A DNA stretch of 64,000 bases, from the NCBI GenBank assembly GCA_963765765.1, contig CAVXYC010000018.1, positions 1 through 64,000 on the forward strand. The letters run 5' to 3'. The first letter of the stretch is position 1; each line of letters opens with the position of its first letter. Below, one piece after another: positions 1 to 11,433 of the stretch. A model generated the notes under the pieces. The model was given only the letters and a program-made list of their open reading frames with translations. It was not told the DNA's origin and searched no databases. Position numbers and translations under genes: made by a program. The stretch is from an uncultured Chloroflexia bacterium. GTDB taxonomy: Bacteria > Chloroflexota > UBA6077 > JACCZL01.

Positions 1-94
1 GAGGGACGATGATATGTAGATATGCTGATCGTGGGTCAGGACATCACCGGCCCCGGCGGCGTTCACATAGAAGCAGAGGCGACGAGGACACGCT

Positions 95-1020
95 GCCGGA
101 CAGAAATTCCGCGATGCGCGTGTTTACCGATCCGCCGCCTCGTGCTGGATCCAATGCCCCACATCGTTGGAACTGCACCAACTCAGCGCGGGGCACACAT
201 CGCTCCAGACCATCGAGAGCTTGGAGAGAGCGCCGCGTCTCTCATACCCCAGAGCACGAGCGTGGGCGTTTGGATGGACAATCACTCCAAATCAGACCGC
301 GACGACCTAAGCGGATCATTTGGCGGTAGTAAGCTAGAGCCGCCGTGAGCGCGCCGGGCCAATACCAGACATCACGATAAGCAATCAGCTCCGCCTCACT
401 CAATGTGTTCGCCTGGGTGCTGCTTGATCGAAAGATCGCTTCGACGCCCGCGAGCGGTCACGTAACAACAGCTACTCCGGCAGCGATGGGGCGGAGAACA
501 TGCCGACATACCAGCTCCGGGCGAATTGGTCGGGATGTCGCATCTCGCGAAGATACGTGGCCGGATGCGGCGCATTGAGAATGACTAATTGCTCCACCAG
601 CTCTGGATAGCGCATGGCCGCGAGCCAGGCGATTACGCCGCCCCAGTCATCGCCTATCAGATAGCAGCGCCGTTCACCTAGCGCGTGGACGAAATTCGAC
701 ACATCCGCGGTGAGCGTATCGATGTTGTAGCCGTCTCGGGGCCGCTCGGTCAGGCTGTATCCCCGCATACCGGGTGCCGCGAATCGCGTCCCGACCGAGG
801 CCAGCGGCTCCATCGGGTGACGCCATCCCCACCAGAACTCAGGGAAGCCGTGGAGCATCACCACCAGCGGTCCACTTCCGCGCTCTACATAGTGAACGCG
901 GAGTCCTCCGGCCCGAACCATCTGGCCGGGTTTATCCGCCGCGAGTGCTGTTGCTTTGCGATGCCATGGCGCGTCAAGCACGTTCGCACGTTCCGAGCCG
1001 CGTGCACCGTCACTTTGCAC
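95..1020 (-). pseudogene. Alpha/beta hydrolase (epoxide hydrolase-like), disrupted
   Basis: ORF 472-1020 has LHGFPEFWWGW and GDDWGG nucleophile motifs and stops at TAG 472. Downstream frames continue with PGALTAALAYYR, IQTPTLVLWGMRDAAL, GHWIQHEA and VNTRIAEFL to about 95. In-frame stop plus several frameshifts. Confidence 0.8.
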
Positions 1021-1191
1021 AGAGCGCCTCCGGTGAGGGCGGTTCCTCCCGCGTCAATCCACACACTATCGGCTGGGAATCCCAAGAGGCAACCGCACCC
1101 TCACGGGAGGCCGCTCTCCGTTTGCTTAGGGCGTCTCGCCAGCCTGGCAAGCCCGTGCTACGATCCCTCCAAACGCGTGTCGGAGACGGCC

Positions 1192-2375
1192 ATGGCTAAG
1201 CACGGCTTCAAGGTCATGGACAGCGACATGCACATCATGGAGCCGCCGGACCTCTGGCAACGCTACATCGCTCCCGAGTTTCGGGATCGAGCGCCCATCG
1301 GGCTAACCTCCGACAACTGCCGCGAGCTGCGGGACATACTTCCCGGGCGAGCCCGCCAGACCGTCCCCAGCGGCGCCCGCATTCGGGGCACCATTTCACC
1401 GCGCTACCAGGAGGTCTATCGCGACCATGCGGGGCGCGGCTGGACGGCGGATTGCCAGCTCGAGGCGATGGACACCGAGGGCATCGACGTGGCGGTGCTC
1501 TTCCCCACCCGCGGGCTGAGCGTCCTGACGCTCCCGGACATGGAGCCCCGCTTCGCGGCCGCCATCGCCCGTGCCTACAACGACTGGATGTTCGATTTCT
1601 GCCAGATGGACCCCCACCGGCTCCTCGGGGCCGGGCATGCTGTCCGTGTACGACGTCCAGGACGCGATCGCCGAGGCGCGCCGCGTGAAGGAAGAGCTGG
1701 GGTTCCGCGCCGTGTTCCTGCGGTCCAACATCGTGAATGGCAAGAACTGGTACGACCCGGCCTACGAGCCGCTCTGGGACACGCTGGAAGAGCTTGACCT
1801 GCCGCTCGGTTTCCACGAGGCCACCGGCTCGCGGTCGCGCCAGACGGGCGAGTGGTTCGAACCCGAACTTCGCGATCCGGATCATCTACTCCCAACCCTT
1901 CGAGCAGATGCTGGGCCTGGGAGCGTTCATCTGCGGGGGCGTCCTCGAGCGCCATCCGAAGCTCAAGGTCGCGATTCTGGAGGCCAACTGCTCCTGGGTG
2001 CCGTGGCTGCTCTGGCGCATGGACGAGAGCTACGAGCGGCAGGGCGACATCTTCATGCAAGACCTGAAGATGGAGCCCAGCGCGTACTTCAGGCGGCAGT
2101 GCTGTCGTCTCCGTTGAGCCCGACGAGACGCCGCGCTCTACCTGATGGAGGAGTTCGGGGGCCAGCTGGTCTTCTCGACCGACTACCCGCACGTTGATTC
2201 GCGCTATCCGGAGGCGGTCGAGGCCTTCTTGCAGCTGCCCATCTCCGACGAGGCCAAACGCCGGATCCTGTGGGACAACTGCGCGCGGTTCTACCAGATC
2301 GAGACGCTGCGCAACGGGCCGCGGTGGCCACCTAGGAGCGGACTGGGTCAAGCGTCACGACTCCACGTGGGGTGA
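1192..2375 (+). CDS. Amidohydrolase family protein (Amidohydro_2), frameshifted
   Basis: MAKHGFKVMDSDMHIMEP, ARAYNDW, LGFHE, ERHPKLKVAILEANCSW and FSTDYPH are spread over ORFs 685-1797, 1571-2197, 1737-2117 and 2145-2375. Confidence 0.85.
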
Positions 2376-2498
2376 TGCGCATCGACGTATCGGATACTTA
2401 CGGGCACCAATGAGTCTCCACGACGCGATCAGAGAAAGGAAATCCAATTCCCCGTAAGGGGCCATAATCTGCGGGTCGACCCGTCCGCCCGTTGGCCG

Positions 2499-3707
2499 CT
2501 ACAGCAGCGTCTTCAAGAACTCCTGCGTCTCCACGTTCTTCACCAGCCAAGCCTCGTGCGACACGTCCGGTGGCAGCACGGCGCTTGGCGCGCTCGCGGG
2601 ATCGACCACCGGCACGTCGGTGCGGGCACTGTTGATACCGAACGCTTTTGACCAGGCGATCTGGCCCGTCTCGACTCAAGAGCCAGTGGATGAAGACAAG
2701 GCCGGCGTTCGGATGTGGGGCTTTGTTGTAGATCGCGGTGATCTCGCCGGCGCTTGTGGTGGCGCCCTTCGATCGCCGGGGTTACGGATGTGCCCGGCCA
2801 GACCTTCACGGACGAAATCAGCCATGATGATCGGGTGAAGGCCGAATCCGATGGGCGCTCCGCCGCGAACCAGCGTCTCCACCGCCTGGCGGCGATCGCG
2901 GATCATGACGGGCTGCTGGTCGACAAAGAGTTTCCGCAGGAAGTCTTCGCCCTTCTGGTCTCGGATAAGCGTGCTGGGCGTATAAACGTACCCTTGTGTC
3001 ACTTCACTGGTGGCGATCTTCCCTTTCCACTTGGGGTCCAGGAGATCGTCAACTGCCTTGATGTCATCCTCTTTGGCGAGCTCAGTGTTGATGTGAATCG
3101 CACGCTGAATGTTGAACTGGTGGCGAAAGACGTGAGTCTTGCCAACGTCGCCCCACCGGTCCTTCGATTCCGCCGAACCAGAGCTTATCGTCCAGAATCT
3201 CCGGGCGCAGGAGCGGGCGCAATGGTTCGATCACGCCGTCTGGCTTGAAGAACTGAATGAATGGAGTGATCGTGCTCGCGCCAACGTCGATTGAATAAAT
3301 CCCGGCCTGCCGTTCACTCTGAAGCTTGGGTACAAACGTGGCGGCGTCTGGGAATGAAAGGTGCTCGGGCTCTATGCCGGGGAACGCCTTGGCGAAAGTC
3401 ATCGAGCGCCTCTGCGATAGCCCGCGCCGGCAGGCGTCTGGACTGCGACCTTGCCCTCTTTCCGCGCGGCGTCCAGCAGGGCCTGCCACTGAGCGTCGCT
3501 ACTGGCGGCGGCCGGCGCTGCTGGCGCTTGCTGTGGCGGCGCCGCTAGCGGTGGGCGCGGCTGGCGGCGCGGTGGCCGATGCTGGTTTCGCGGGGCCGCG
3601 GTGGGCGGGGCCGCGGGAGGAGCGCGCTGCAGGCGGCCATAAGGAAGCCGGTGGAGGTGGCGCCCGCCACCCGAATAAAGCGTCCGTCGCGTCAGTCTGT
3701 CCGCCAT
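2499..3707 (-). CDS. ABC transporter extracellular solute-binding protein (Fe/thiamine-type SBP-like), Pro/Ala linker, frameshifted
   Basis: MADRLTRR (Tat-like) start, P/A-rich linker, QWQALLDAARKEGKV, PHPNA..FIHWLLSRDG and NSARTDVP motifs, pieced together from several frames. Confidence 0.75.
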
Positions 3708-3985
3708 GGTCAGTCTCCTCCCCGCGCGGCGTGTCTGCCCGCGCGGCGGGATGCAGCAAGTGAACCTGGGTCGGCGCTTCCGACCCATTCTCAGACCGGT
3801 GACTGTTACGCTCAGGATACGGCGGGGCCGTACGTGGGAAGCATTCCGGATTGGATGGCGGCGATAGGGTATCTAGGGACGATGACGAGGATCGCCCCGG
3901 ACTGGGTGGCCAGCCTAGCTGGACAGTCGTGTCGCTCCCGCGGAGGGTCGAGCGAGCGCCAGGCCAACAAGCGGCTTCGCTGCCG

Positions 3986-4770
3986 TCAGTTCCCTCCGTG
4001 CACCGGAATCACGGCGGCGTTCACGAACGCCGCCGCGTCTGACGCCAGGAACAGCGCCACACCCGCGATATCGTCCGGTGCGCCAACGCGGCCCAACGCG
4101 GATGCGCTCGGCGCTCTCCCAAGCTCCGGGCGCACCGTTCCGCCCGGGCGCGGCGTATCGATGGTGCCCGGCGCGATGCAGTTCACGCGCACTTCCGGAC
4201 CCCATTGGTAGGCCATCATGGCAGTCAGGCGATGCAGCGCCGCCTTGGCCGACCCGTAGGCGGAGAACTCTCCGCCCTGTTTGCGAGTCAGCTCACCCGA
4301 CTCAGACCGGTGTTCACAATGGCGCCCTTGCCAAGCTTCTTCATGTGCGGCACCACCGTACGTGAAACAAGGAAGGCGCTCTTCACATTGACGTCATACG
4401 CCATCATGAAGTCCTCGGGCGAAAGCTCCAGCAATGGAGCGCGCGCAAATTGCGGCATCTCTGGATTGCGGGAGTAGGTGCCGCCAGCGACGTTGATCAG
4501 CACATCGATGCGGCCGAACTTGTCCAGCGTCTGCTGCACCATTGAGTCAACCTGGTCCGACTTGGTTACGTCGGCAAGGATCCCCAGAGCCGCGACGCCC
4601 AGCGACTCCACCTCCGCAACCGCCGGCGGCAACGATTGCGCGGGAAGACCAACGATGGCCACGTTTGCGCCCGCCTGAGCGAACGCCTTTGCACAACCAA
4701 GCCCAATGCCGCCGCTGCCGCCGGTGATGATGACCGTGCGACCTTCCATGGAGAATCTAGAGAGATCCAT
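3986..4770 (-). CDS. SDR family oxidoreductase, one frameshift near 4300
   Basis: ITGGSGGIG, DVLINVAG, YGSAKAA and VRVNCIAPG motifs in ORFs 4288-4827 and 3986-4219. Confidence 0.9.
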
Positions 4771-4924
4771 TGTTCCTCCGCATATTTCGGCCCGCGCACC
4801 GAGAATCAACGAGCCTGGTCCTGTCACTCTTCGAGACTGACTCTACCCCAAGCTGCCTACGACGAGTACAGCGTGACACACGGATGAAGGTTGCCCGAAT
4901 GCCGAGTGATGGAGACCTGACCGT

Positions 4925-5034
4925 CTAGCACGGGTCCTTGTGGCCTGTGCCTAGATTGCAACGTTGGAGATCGCCCTGTGTAAGACAGTCGCGGCCGGCC
5001 GAGTCCACAGGCACAGGCCACAAGGACCGGCTAC
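4925..5034. repeat. REP-like inverted doublet (GTAG type)
   Basis: GGTCCTTGTGGCCTGTGCCT (4933-4952) is perfectly inverted from 5009. The right arm ends in CTAC. Confidence 0.75.
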
Positions 5035-5043
5035 ACGGCCGGC

Positions 5044-6142
5044 TCACGCCACTCGCAGCTTCTCGATCACCTTCGGATCAGGATCTACTCCGAGCCCCGG
5101 ACCCTGTGGGACTGTGAGGCATCCATCGCGATTTGGCATGATCGCATCGTGTAGCGGGTTGTCCGCGAAGTCCGCGTCGTACCGTTCCACCATGGTGGCT
5201 CGCGGCATAGATGCGATGCAGTGCATGGATGCAAGCAGCCCCGGCCCAAAGTACGCGGAGTGCGGAACAACGGTGACGCCGAAGGCCTCTGCCAACGCCA
5301 TAACCTTCTTCATCTGCGTGACCCCGCCGACCTTTGTGACGCTCGGCTGAGCATACGTAATGGCATTGGCTTCGAACAGCCCTTTGAACTCAGGCAGCAT
5401 CGCGTTCTCTCCAGCGGCTGTGGGAATGCCGCCTTCCGCCTGCACACGCGCCAGTCCAGCATGATCCTCCGGTGGCCAGACGGGCTCTTCCAGCCAGGTG
5501 AGGTCCAGCTCCTCTAGCCGTCGCGCCATGACAATCGCTTCAGTCACCGTCCATGGACAATTGCAATCAACCATGATCGGCAAATCCTGCCCAGCCGTCT
5601 CGCGCGCGGCCTTGATCGGCTCCACGGTGACTTCGTGCAGCTTGATGTGCTTGTAACCGCGCTTCAGCGCGCGCTCAACGCCTTGAGTCACGGCTTTCGG
5701 AATTTCCATACCGCAGCAGACTGGCATACGCAGGTAGCTCCGTGCGAGATGACCCGCCCAGGAGTCGATAGAGTGGTAGCCCCGCGACCTTGCCCGCGAT
5801 ATCCCACAGCGCGATGTCGATCGCCGAGAGCGCGTACATGGCAGGCCCATTGCGTCCCACGCCGCCAAGGTTACGTTGCAGATCATCGACGAGCTGACTG
5901 ATCGCGGTGGCATCACGACCAACACACATTGGGCCAATGAAGGAATCCAGTGCCGCCTTGGTGGCAGTGAAGATTCGATGTCCGAACCCTTCGCCCCACC
6001 CTGTCACGCCTTCGTCCGTATCCACTCGCACGAGCAGCGTGTCCATGCTGGTTCGCGGTGCACCGGCTTGCGTCGGCACGGCGGCGCCTTCAAGCACCAT
6101 GGGCATGGTGACAACGATCGTCTCAACGTTGACTATCTTCAT
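5044..6142 (-). CDS. Mandelate racemase/muconate lactonizing enzyme family (enolase superfamily), frameshift near 5700
   Basis: AIDIALWDIAGK, KHIKLH, MVDCN, WLEEP, AAGEN and PGLGV motifs. Confidence 0.9.
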
Positions 6143-6351
6143 ATCCGCCTCTGTCAGGGCACGGTCTTCCTCAGATGAGCGCTAGAGTAGACCAGTTGGA
6201 GCTTGTGTGCCCCGAGCGCGGATCATCGATGAATCGGGGGCATTGCGCTTCGCCACACGAAGACGGACCGGTGACGACGCGCGGTGCGCATGTAGACGAG
6301 TTGAAATCGTCGTCAGCGCTGTGAGCGGGTCGCCGTAGCTCGCACAACGAG

Positions 6352-6414
6352 ATAAAGGACGGAAGGGACGCAAATGACAGTCCTGTATGTCCCTTGCGTC
6401 CTTCATGTCCTTTG
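6352..6414. repeat. Nonamer (..GGAC / GTCC..) tandem-inverted short repeat
   Basis: ataaaggac ggaagggac gcaaatgac followed by gtcccttgc gtccttcat gtcctttg. A similar element lies at 54302-54376. Confidence 0.6.
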
Positions 6415-6424
6415 ATTCGGCCCG

Positions 6425-7150
6425 CTACTTCCCCCAGGTCACCCCATCGCCGCTGGTGTTCCAACCACCGCTGGCCTCGATGAAGTCCAACGCCTCGTCC
6501 ACGAAGATGACGTCGCCGTACTTGGTATTCATGTCGTAGAGGTTGACCTTGTGACTGAGCCAATTGCGATCGAAGACGCAGTCTTCAACAACGCCTACGC
6601 TGTAGCCATGCATGTACGCCTCGTTCACGCTGGCGCGAACGCAGCCGCTGGTGGAGTTGCCGCAGATGATGAGCGTGTCCACACCAAGCTGGACCAGATA
6701 GGCATTCAATGGCGTGCCGTAGAAGGCGCTCGCGCGGGTCTTCCTGATCAGGAATTCGCCATCCTTGGGCGCCAACGGCTCGAAATGCGCGGAGTTCCAG
6801 GCGGGATCGGTACCGCTGACCGCCCGCTTCGTCGCGACAGCGTGGATGTTCGTGCGGTTGGCAAGATCGGACGTCGTGTGAAATACAGGCAGTCCCGCGG
6901 CGCGGGCGGCAGTCATGAGTCGCTGGGTGGGCTCCAGGGCATCCCAGGCAGCTAGGCCGCAGGAGCTGGGGAACCGCTTCATAGCTTCCATCAACGGCTC
7001 AGGCTTGTCACCAAAGACGGCGTTGTAGTTATCGATGCACAATAGAGCCGGACGTCCCTTGAGCCCCATCCGACCAGCGTAATTGGCGGTAAGGGCGCGG
7101 ATCTCGTCATCGATCACGTCCTCCCAGGTGTGGCGCCGTTGTTCGGTCAC
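6425..7150 (-). CDS. Isochorismatase/cysteine hydrolase family protein
   Basis: ALLCID, KTRASAFYGT, GNSTSGCVRAS (Asp-Lys-Cys triad). Confidence 0.9.
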   Translation of the reverse strand: MTEQRRHTWEDVIDDEIRALTANYAGRMGLKGRPALLCIDNYNAVFGDKPEPLMEAMKRFPSSCGLAAWDALEPTQRLMTAARAAGLPVFHTTSDLANRTNIHAVATKRAVSGTDPAWNSAHFEPLAPKDGEFLIRKTRASAFYGTPLNAYLVQLGVDTLIICGNSTSGCVRASVNEAYMHGYSVGVVEDCVFDRNWLSHKVNLYDMNTKYGDVIFVDEALDFIEASGGWNTSGDGVTWGK

Positions 7151-7422
7151 ATCATCTCCTCTCGCGCAATACGCCGTCCTGCGGACGACTCACTGATCAG
7201 GCGCGACATTCCACGCGCATAACATGTGAGCTTAGATTAGCGCTTCTTGACAACTTCGCACAGGGAGTGCGGACACGAATCTCCGTCAAAACGAAATCGT
7301 GCCCCGATACGAAATCATTCAATAGTCCCGACAAATCCGCGCGGGGATTTCCTACACTACCCGCGTCCGCTCGATCGCGGGTGCGGCGGTAGAAGAGTCC
7401 TGGCTGTAGGAGAGTCGATTCG

Positions 7423-8974
7423 ATGAACACAGGCCTACAGGGACAGGTTGGCACGACCGAGTCTCTTTTTGACGAGCTCCAGCGAAAGCTCGTTCCGCTC
7501 TGGGAGTCGATAGGGCGGACCGATCCCGGAGGCGCGCTCGAGGAAGAGAACACCGTTGTAGTCATCCCATCACTGTCGGTCGATTTCGAGATGAGCGGCT
7601 CAGAGCTCCAGGCCTATGAAGAGCGCTTCATGTTCATGCTCTTCCTTCTCCGTCAGCCACTTATCCGCATGGTCTACGTCACGTCTCAAGCCGTACATCC
7701 CAGCATCGTCGACTATTACCTGCACACGCTCCCTGGCTCCATCATCTCCAATGCTCGTAAGCGCCTCTTCATGGTGGCGCCGCTGGATGACTCAGCGCGC
7801 ACCTTGACAGAGAAGCTTCTCGAGCGGCCTCGATTGATTCGCCAAATTCAGTCGCTCATTCCGGACATGAACCGCGCCCATCTTGTGCCTTACAACACCA
7901 CGGAAAAGGAGCGGGAGCTCGCCGTGCGGCTCGGCATTCCGATGTATGCCGCGGATCCGCGCTATTTCGGTTTTGGAACCAAGAGCGGCTGCCGCCAGAT
8001 CTTCGCAGAGGAAGGCGTACAGCACCCGATCGGATTCGAAAACCTCACCAGTGTGGACGCGATGGTGGCGGCGATCGGCCAGATGCGGTCCGAGAAGCCG
8101 AATATCACCAAGGTCATCGCCAAACTCAACGAGGGCGTCTCGGGCATGGGCAACGCGATCATTGACGTCGCGGGCCTTCCTGATCCAGGTGTCGCGACCG
8201 AAAGCCAGGCAATCGCTCAGCGGATTCGCGAGATGCGTTTCGAAATGTCTGAGATGACCTACGAGAAGTATGTAGAGAAGGTCATCGATGCGGGTGCGAT
8301 CGTGGAAGAGCTCATTGTCGGCGAGGCGTTTGAGAGCCCCAGTGCACAGATGAGAGTCAGTCCATTGGGCGAGCTGGAGCTGCTTTCGACCCACGATCAG
8401 CTCCTTGGCGGCCCCAGCGGCCAGACGTATCTCGGGGCGACATTTCCCGCCGACAGCCAATACGGCGTGCAGATCATGCGAGAAGCGGCCAAAGTCGGTC
8501 GCAGATTTGCACGAGAGGGTATCGTCGGTCGCTTCGCCGTTGATTTCGTGGCGGTAAAAAATTCAAACGGGGAATGGAGCTCCATACGCCATTGAGGTGA
8601 ACCTTCGGAAGGGCGGCACCACACATCCGTTCCTAACGCTTCAGTACCTGACAGACGGTCAATTCGATGCCGATGCTGGCGTATTTCGTACGGCGCAGGG
8701 CCACCCCAAGCACTACGTTGCAAGCGACCACGTGGCGTCGCCAGCGTATCGCGTGTTCACTCCCGAGCTTCTCTTCGACATCCTGAGCCATCACCGACTT
8801 CAGTTTGACCACACGTCGCAGACTGGAGTGGTGCTACACCTTATGAGCGCAGTGGGCTCGCGGGGCTTTCTGGGAGCAACGGCCATTGGCAATTCTCCAG
8901 AGAATGCGCAAGCCATCTACAGGAGACTGATAGAAGTCCTGGATGCCGAGGCCGAGAGGGCGCTCGCGAATTAG
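7423..8974 (+). CDS. PGM1-related ATP-grasp peptide ligase, frameshift near 8590
   Basis: VVVIPSLS, YEERFMF, FGTKSGCR, KLNEGVSGMGNA, SPSAQ, STHDQLLGG, GRFAVDF, then EVNLRKGGTTHP in the next frame. Confidence 0.8.
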
Positions 8975-8992
8975 GACACGGAAGGGAGCATC

Positions 8993-9802
8993 ATGAGTGA
9001 TTCACCGCCCGTGCCGATCAACCCGGCGAAGGATCGGATGCGCGCCGGGGATGTCGCACTTGGCTTGATCGTCCGGCTGGCTCGATCGGGCGATATCGCG
9101 CGCATCGCCAGATCATCAGGGCACGATTTCATCTTTATCGATGGCCAACATGGTCTCTTCTCCAGGGAGACGATAGGCCATATCGCGCAGGCGGCCCTCG
9201 GCTGCGGAGTCGCGCCGCTTGTGCGCGTACGAAGCTGTGATGATCCGGACATTCCCGTGCTCCTGGACAACGGCGTCACTGGGATCATCATCCCCGACGT
9301 CAATACGGCAGCCGAAGCCGAGCGTGCCGTGCGGGCGGCCAAATACGCGCCAATTGGTCGGCGCTCTGTCGGCGGTGGTGGCACGGTGTTCGATCACGCG
9401 GCGGTATCGCTGGCGGACAGCATTCGAATCCTGAATGACCTCACCCTGGTGATCTGCATGATCGAGACGCGTCGTGGGCTCGAGAACGTGAATGAGATCG
9501 CGGCAGTTGAAGGCGTTGATGTGCTGCACGTCGGCTGCAGCGACCTCTCAGTAGCGTTGGGCAAGCCCGGCGCGTACGGCGATCCGGAGATCATGGCCGC
9601 GCTGGACCGAGTCATCCAGGCTGCCAACGAGCATGGGAAATTCGCGGGACTGGGCGGCGACCGCGACCTGGAGCGCCAGGTGGGCTACATCCGTAAGGGA
9701 GTCCGCTTTGTCACCACGCAGGCAGACCTGGCGCTCCTTCTCAACGCCGCCAGCCAGAAGACTGCCGAAATCCGCGAAGGCCTGCGCACCGCGGGTACAT
9801 AA
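8993..9802 (+). CDS. HpcH/HpaI aldolase family protein
   Basis: FIDGQHG, KYAPIGRRS, MIET and HVGCSDLS motifs. Confidence 0.9.
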   Translation: MSDSPPVPINPAKDRMRAGDVALGLIVRLARSGDIARIARSSGHDFIFIDGQHGLFSRETIGHIAQAALGCGVAPLVRVRSCDDPDIPVLLDNGVTGIIIPDVNTAAEAERAVRAAKYAPIGRRSVGGGGTVFDHAAVSLADSIRILNDLTLVICMIETRRGLENVNEIAAVEGVDVLHVGCSDLSVALGKPGAYGDPEIMAALDRVIQAANEHGKFAGLGGDRDLERQVGYIRKGVRFVTTQADLALLLNAASQKTAEIREGLRTAGT

Positions 9803-9873
9803 GGGACAACAGGGACCCAGATGACGTCCCGACTGTCCGATTCGCCTCATCTGTTTCATGGGAGTTTGAGGAC

Positions 9874-10809
9874 ATGCCAGAGCAACCGCTGCCGACTGAC
9901 GCTGAGGTACTGGACTACATCCGCGGCTCACGCCGGACCTGGGGCCGCTGGGGCGCGGACGATGAGCGCGGCGCCATCAATCTCATCACTCCCGAGAAGC
10001 GCGTGGCCGCCGCGCGCCTGGTCCAGAGTGGCCGAAGCGTGTCTCTGTGTCGCCCATTCCCGAAAGACCCGGGACCCAATAACCCCAATCCCGCTCACCA
10101 CTATATGAAAACGATTGAGCGCGGTATCGGTGGATTCGCGGCAGACTACTACGGCATCTCGTATCACGGCGTTGCATCCACCCACATCGATGCGCTCTGT
10201 CACACCTGGGACGAGGAGTCCATGTGGAACGGTCGTGACCCTGAGAAGGAGATCACCTTCGATGGTGCAAAGTTCGGCTCCATCGAGCACTGGAAAGAAG
10301 GGATCACCACACGCGCGATTCTGCTTGATGTTCCACGACATCGCGGGGTTCCGTTCGTGGAGATTGGTGCCCCGGTGCATGGCTGGGAGCTGGACGACAT
10401 TCTGCGTGAGCGGAATCTCACTCTGCAGTCGGGCGACGCGGTCATCGTCTACAGCGGTCGCGACGCCTGGCAGGCGCAGGATCCAACACGTCCGTACAGC
10501 AAAGCAAACGAAGCCGGTGTCATCGAGCGGCCCGGACTTCACGTCTCATGCCTGCCCTTCCTGCGGGACCACGATGTGAGCGTGCTGGTCTGGGACATGC
10601 TGGATGCGCTGCCGATCGGCTATCCCATTCCGTGGTCCGTGCACGCCTGCCTGTTTGCCTATGGCATTGCGCTGGTGGACAATGCCTTGCTTGAGCCCCT
10701 GGCTCAAGCCTGCCGCGAGGAAGGGCGCGATGAGTTCATGCTGATCGTCTCACCGCTCAACGTGGTCGGCGGTACGGGCTCGCCAGCTAATCCGCTGGCG
10801 CTGTTCTAG
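9874..10809 (+). CDS. Cyclase family (kynurenine formamidase-like) metal hydrolase
   Basis: WGRWGADDERGAIN, HGVASTHIDALCH and GGTGSPANPLA motifs. Confidence 0.9.
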   Translation: MPEQPLPTDAEVLDYIRGSRRTWGRWGADDERGAINLITPEKRVAAARLVQSGRSVSLCRPFPKDPGPNNPNPAHHYMKTIERGIGGFAADYYGISYHGVASTHIDALCHTWDEESMWNGRDPEKEITFDGAKFGSIEHWKEGITTRAILLDVPRHRGVPFVEIGAPVHGWELDDILRERNLTLQSGDAVIVYSGRDAWQAQDPTRPYSKANEAGVIERPGLHVSCLPFLRDHDVSVLVWDMLDALPIGYPIPWSVHACLFAYGIALVDNALLEPLAQACREEGRDEFMLIVSPLNVVGGTGSPANPLALF

Positions 10810-11264
10810 GTCGACAGCGAACCATCCCCATCGGCCCGCTCCGCGTAGGCCTTGAAGCTCTCGATCTGCCGTAAAGATTGCGCGCGGAGCGCCCCGCCGG
10901 TCAACGCGCCGATGATCCGCATCATTCCAGCGAACTTGAATTCGTTCACTGTCACCATTCGTGTTGAAGTCGCACTCTCCGACAAATAGCGACTGGTGAT
11001 GGTGTTCACCATGCCTTTCATTTCGTAGGTGGCCGTGTGCTCCTGGGGAAGACGGTTGGTGATCACCGTCTCGAGCAGCTCGAAGCTCTTGCCGTCTACC
11101 TCATACGCCAATCGAGCAGTGGCACCCGGTTCTCCCGGCACACCACTGAGCGGCGTATAGCTCTTCAATCCCCCGTGCCAATGAACCACATGTCGTGGAT
11201 CCCCGAGCAGATCGAGAATGATCGCCATCGGTCGATTTATGACGATCTCGTGTGAGAACTTCAT
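10806..11264 (-). CDS. SRPBCC (polyketide cyclase/dehydrase-like) family protein
   Basis: MKFSHEIVINRP start, W..GL.S...LSG.PG..GA and C-terminal FKAYAE helix. Confidence 0.8.
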   Translation of the reverse strand: MKFSHEIVINRPMAIILDLLGDPRHVVHWHGGLKSYTPLSGVPGEPGATARLAYEVDGKSFELLETVITNRLPQEHTATYEMKGMVNTITSRYLSESATSTRMVTVNEFKFAGMMRIIGALTGGALRAQSLRQIESFKAYAERADGDGSLST

Positions 11265-11433
11265 GCGATGCTGGCTCCAAAGCAGCGACCTCGTGCCTGG
11301 CTGGTGTCGGGCCTGGCCGAGTGCGATCTGCCACTTATCAAGTGTATTGTGACCTCCTAGGACCACCTCATCGGAGGAGCGGTCCAGAGCTCCGGACCGG
11401 CGCACTACATACCTAGACAACAGGAGTAACGAA

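Noticed and set aside
9-348. Plus-strand ORFs 9-329 and 22-348, briefly considered an ISL3 transposase fragment
   Set aside because: They are antisense to the recognisable C-terminal half of the alpha/beta hydrolase, and have no convincing zinc-finger or DDE motifs.
6187-6312. Repeated gtagac(c/g)agttg at about 6187 and 6292
   Set aside because: Only two short imperfect copies with no clear partner arm, too weak to call a repeat family.
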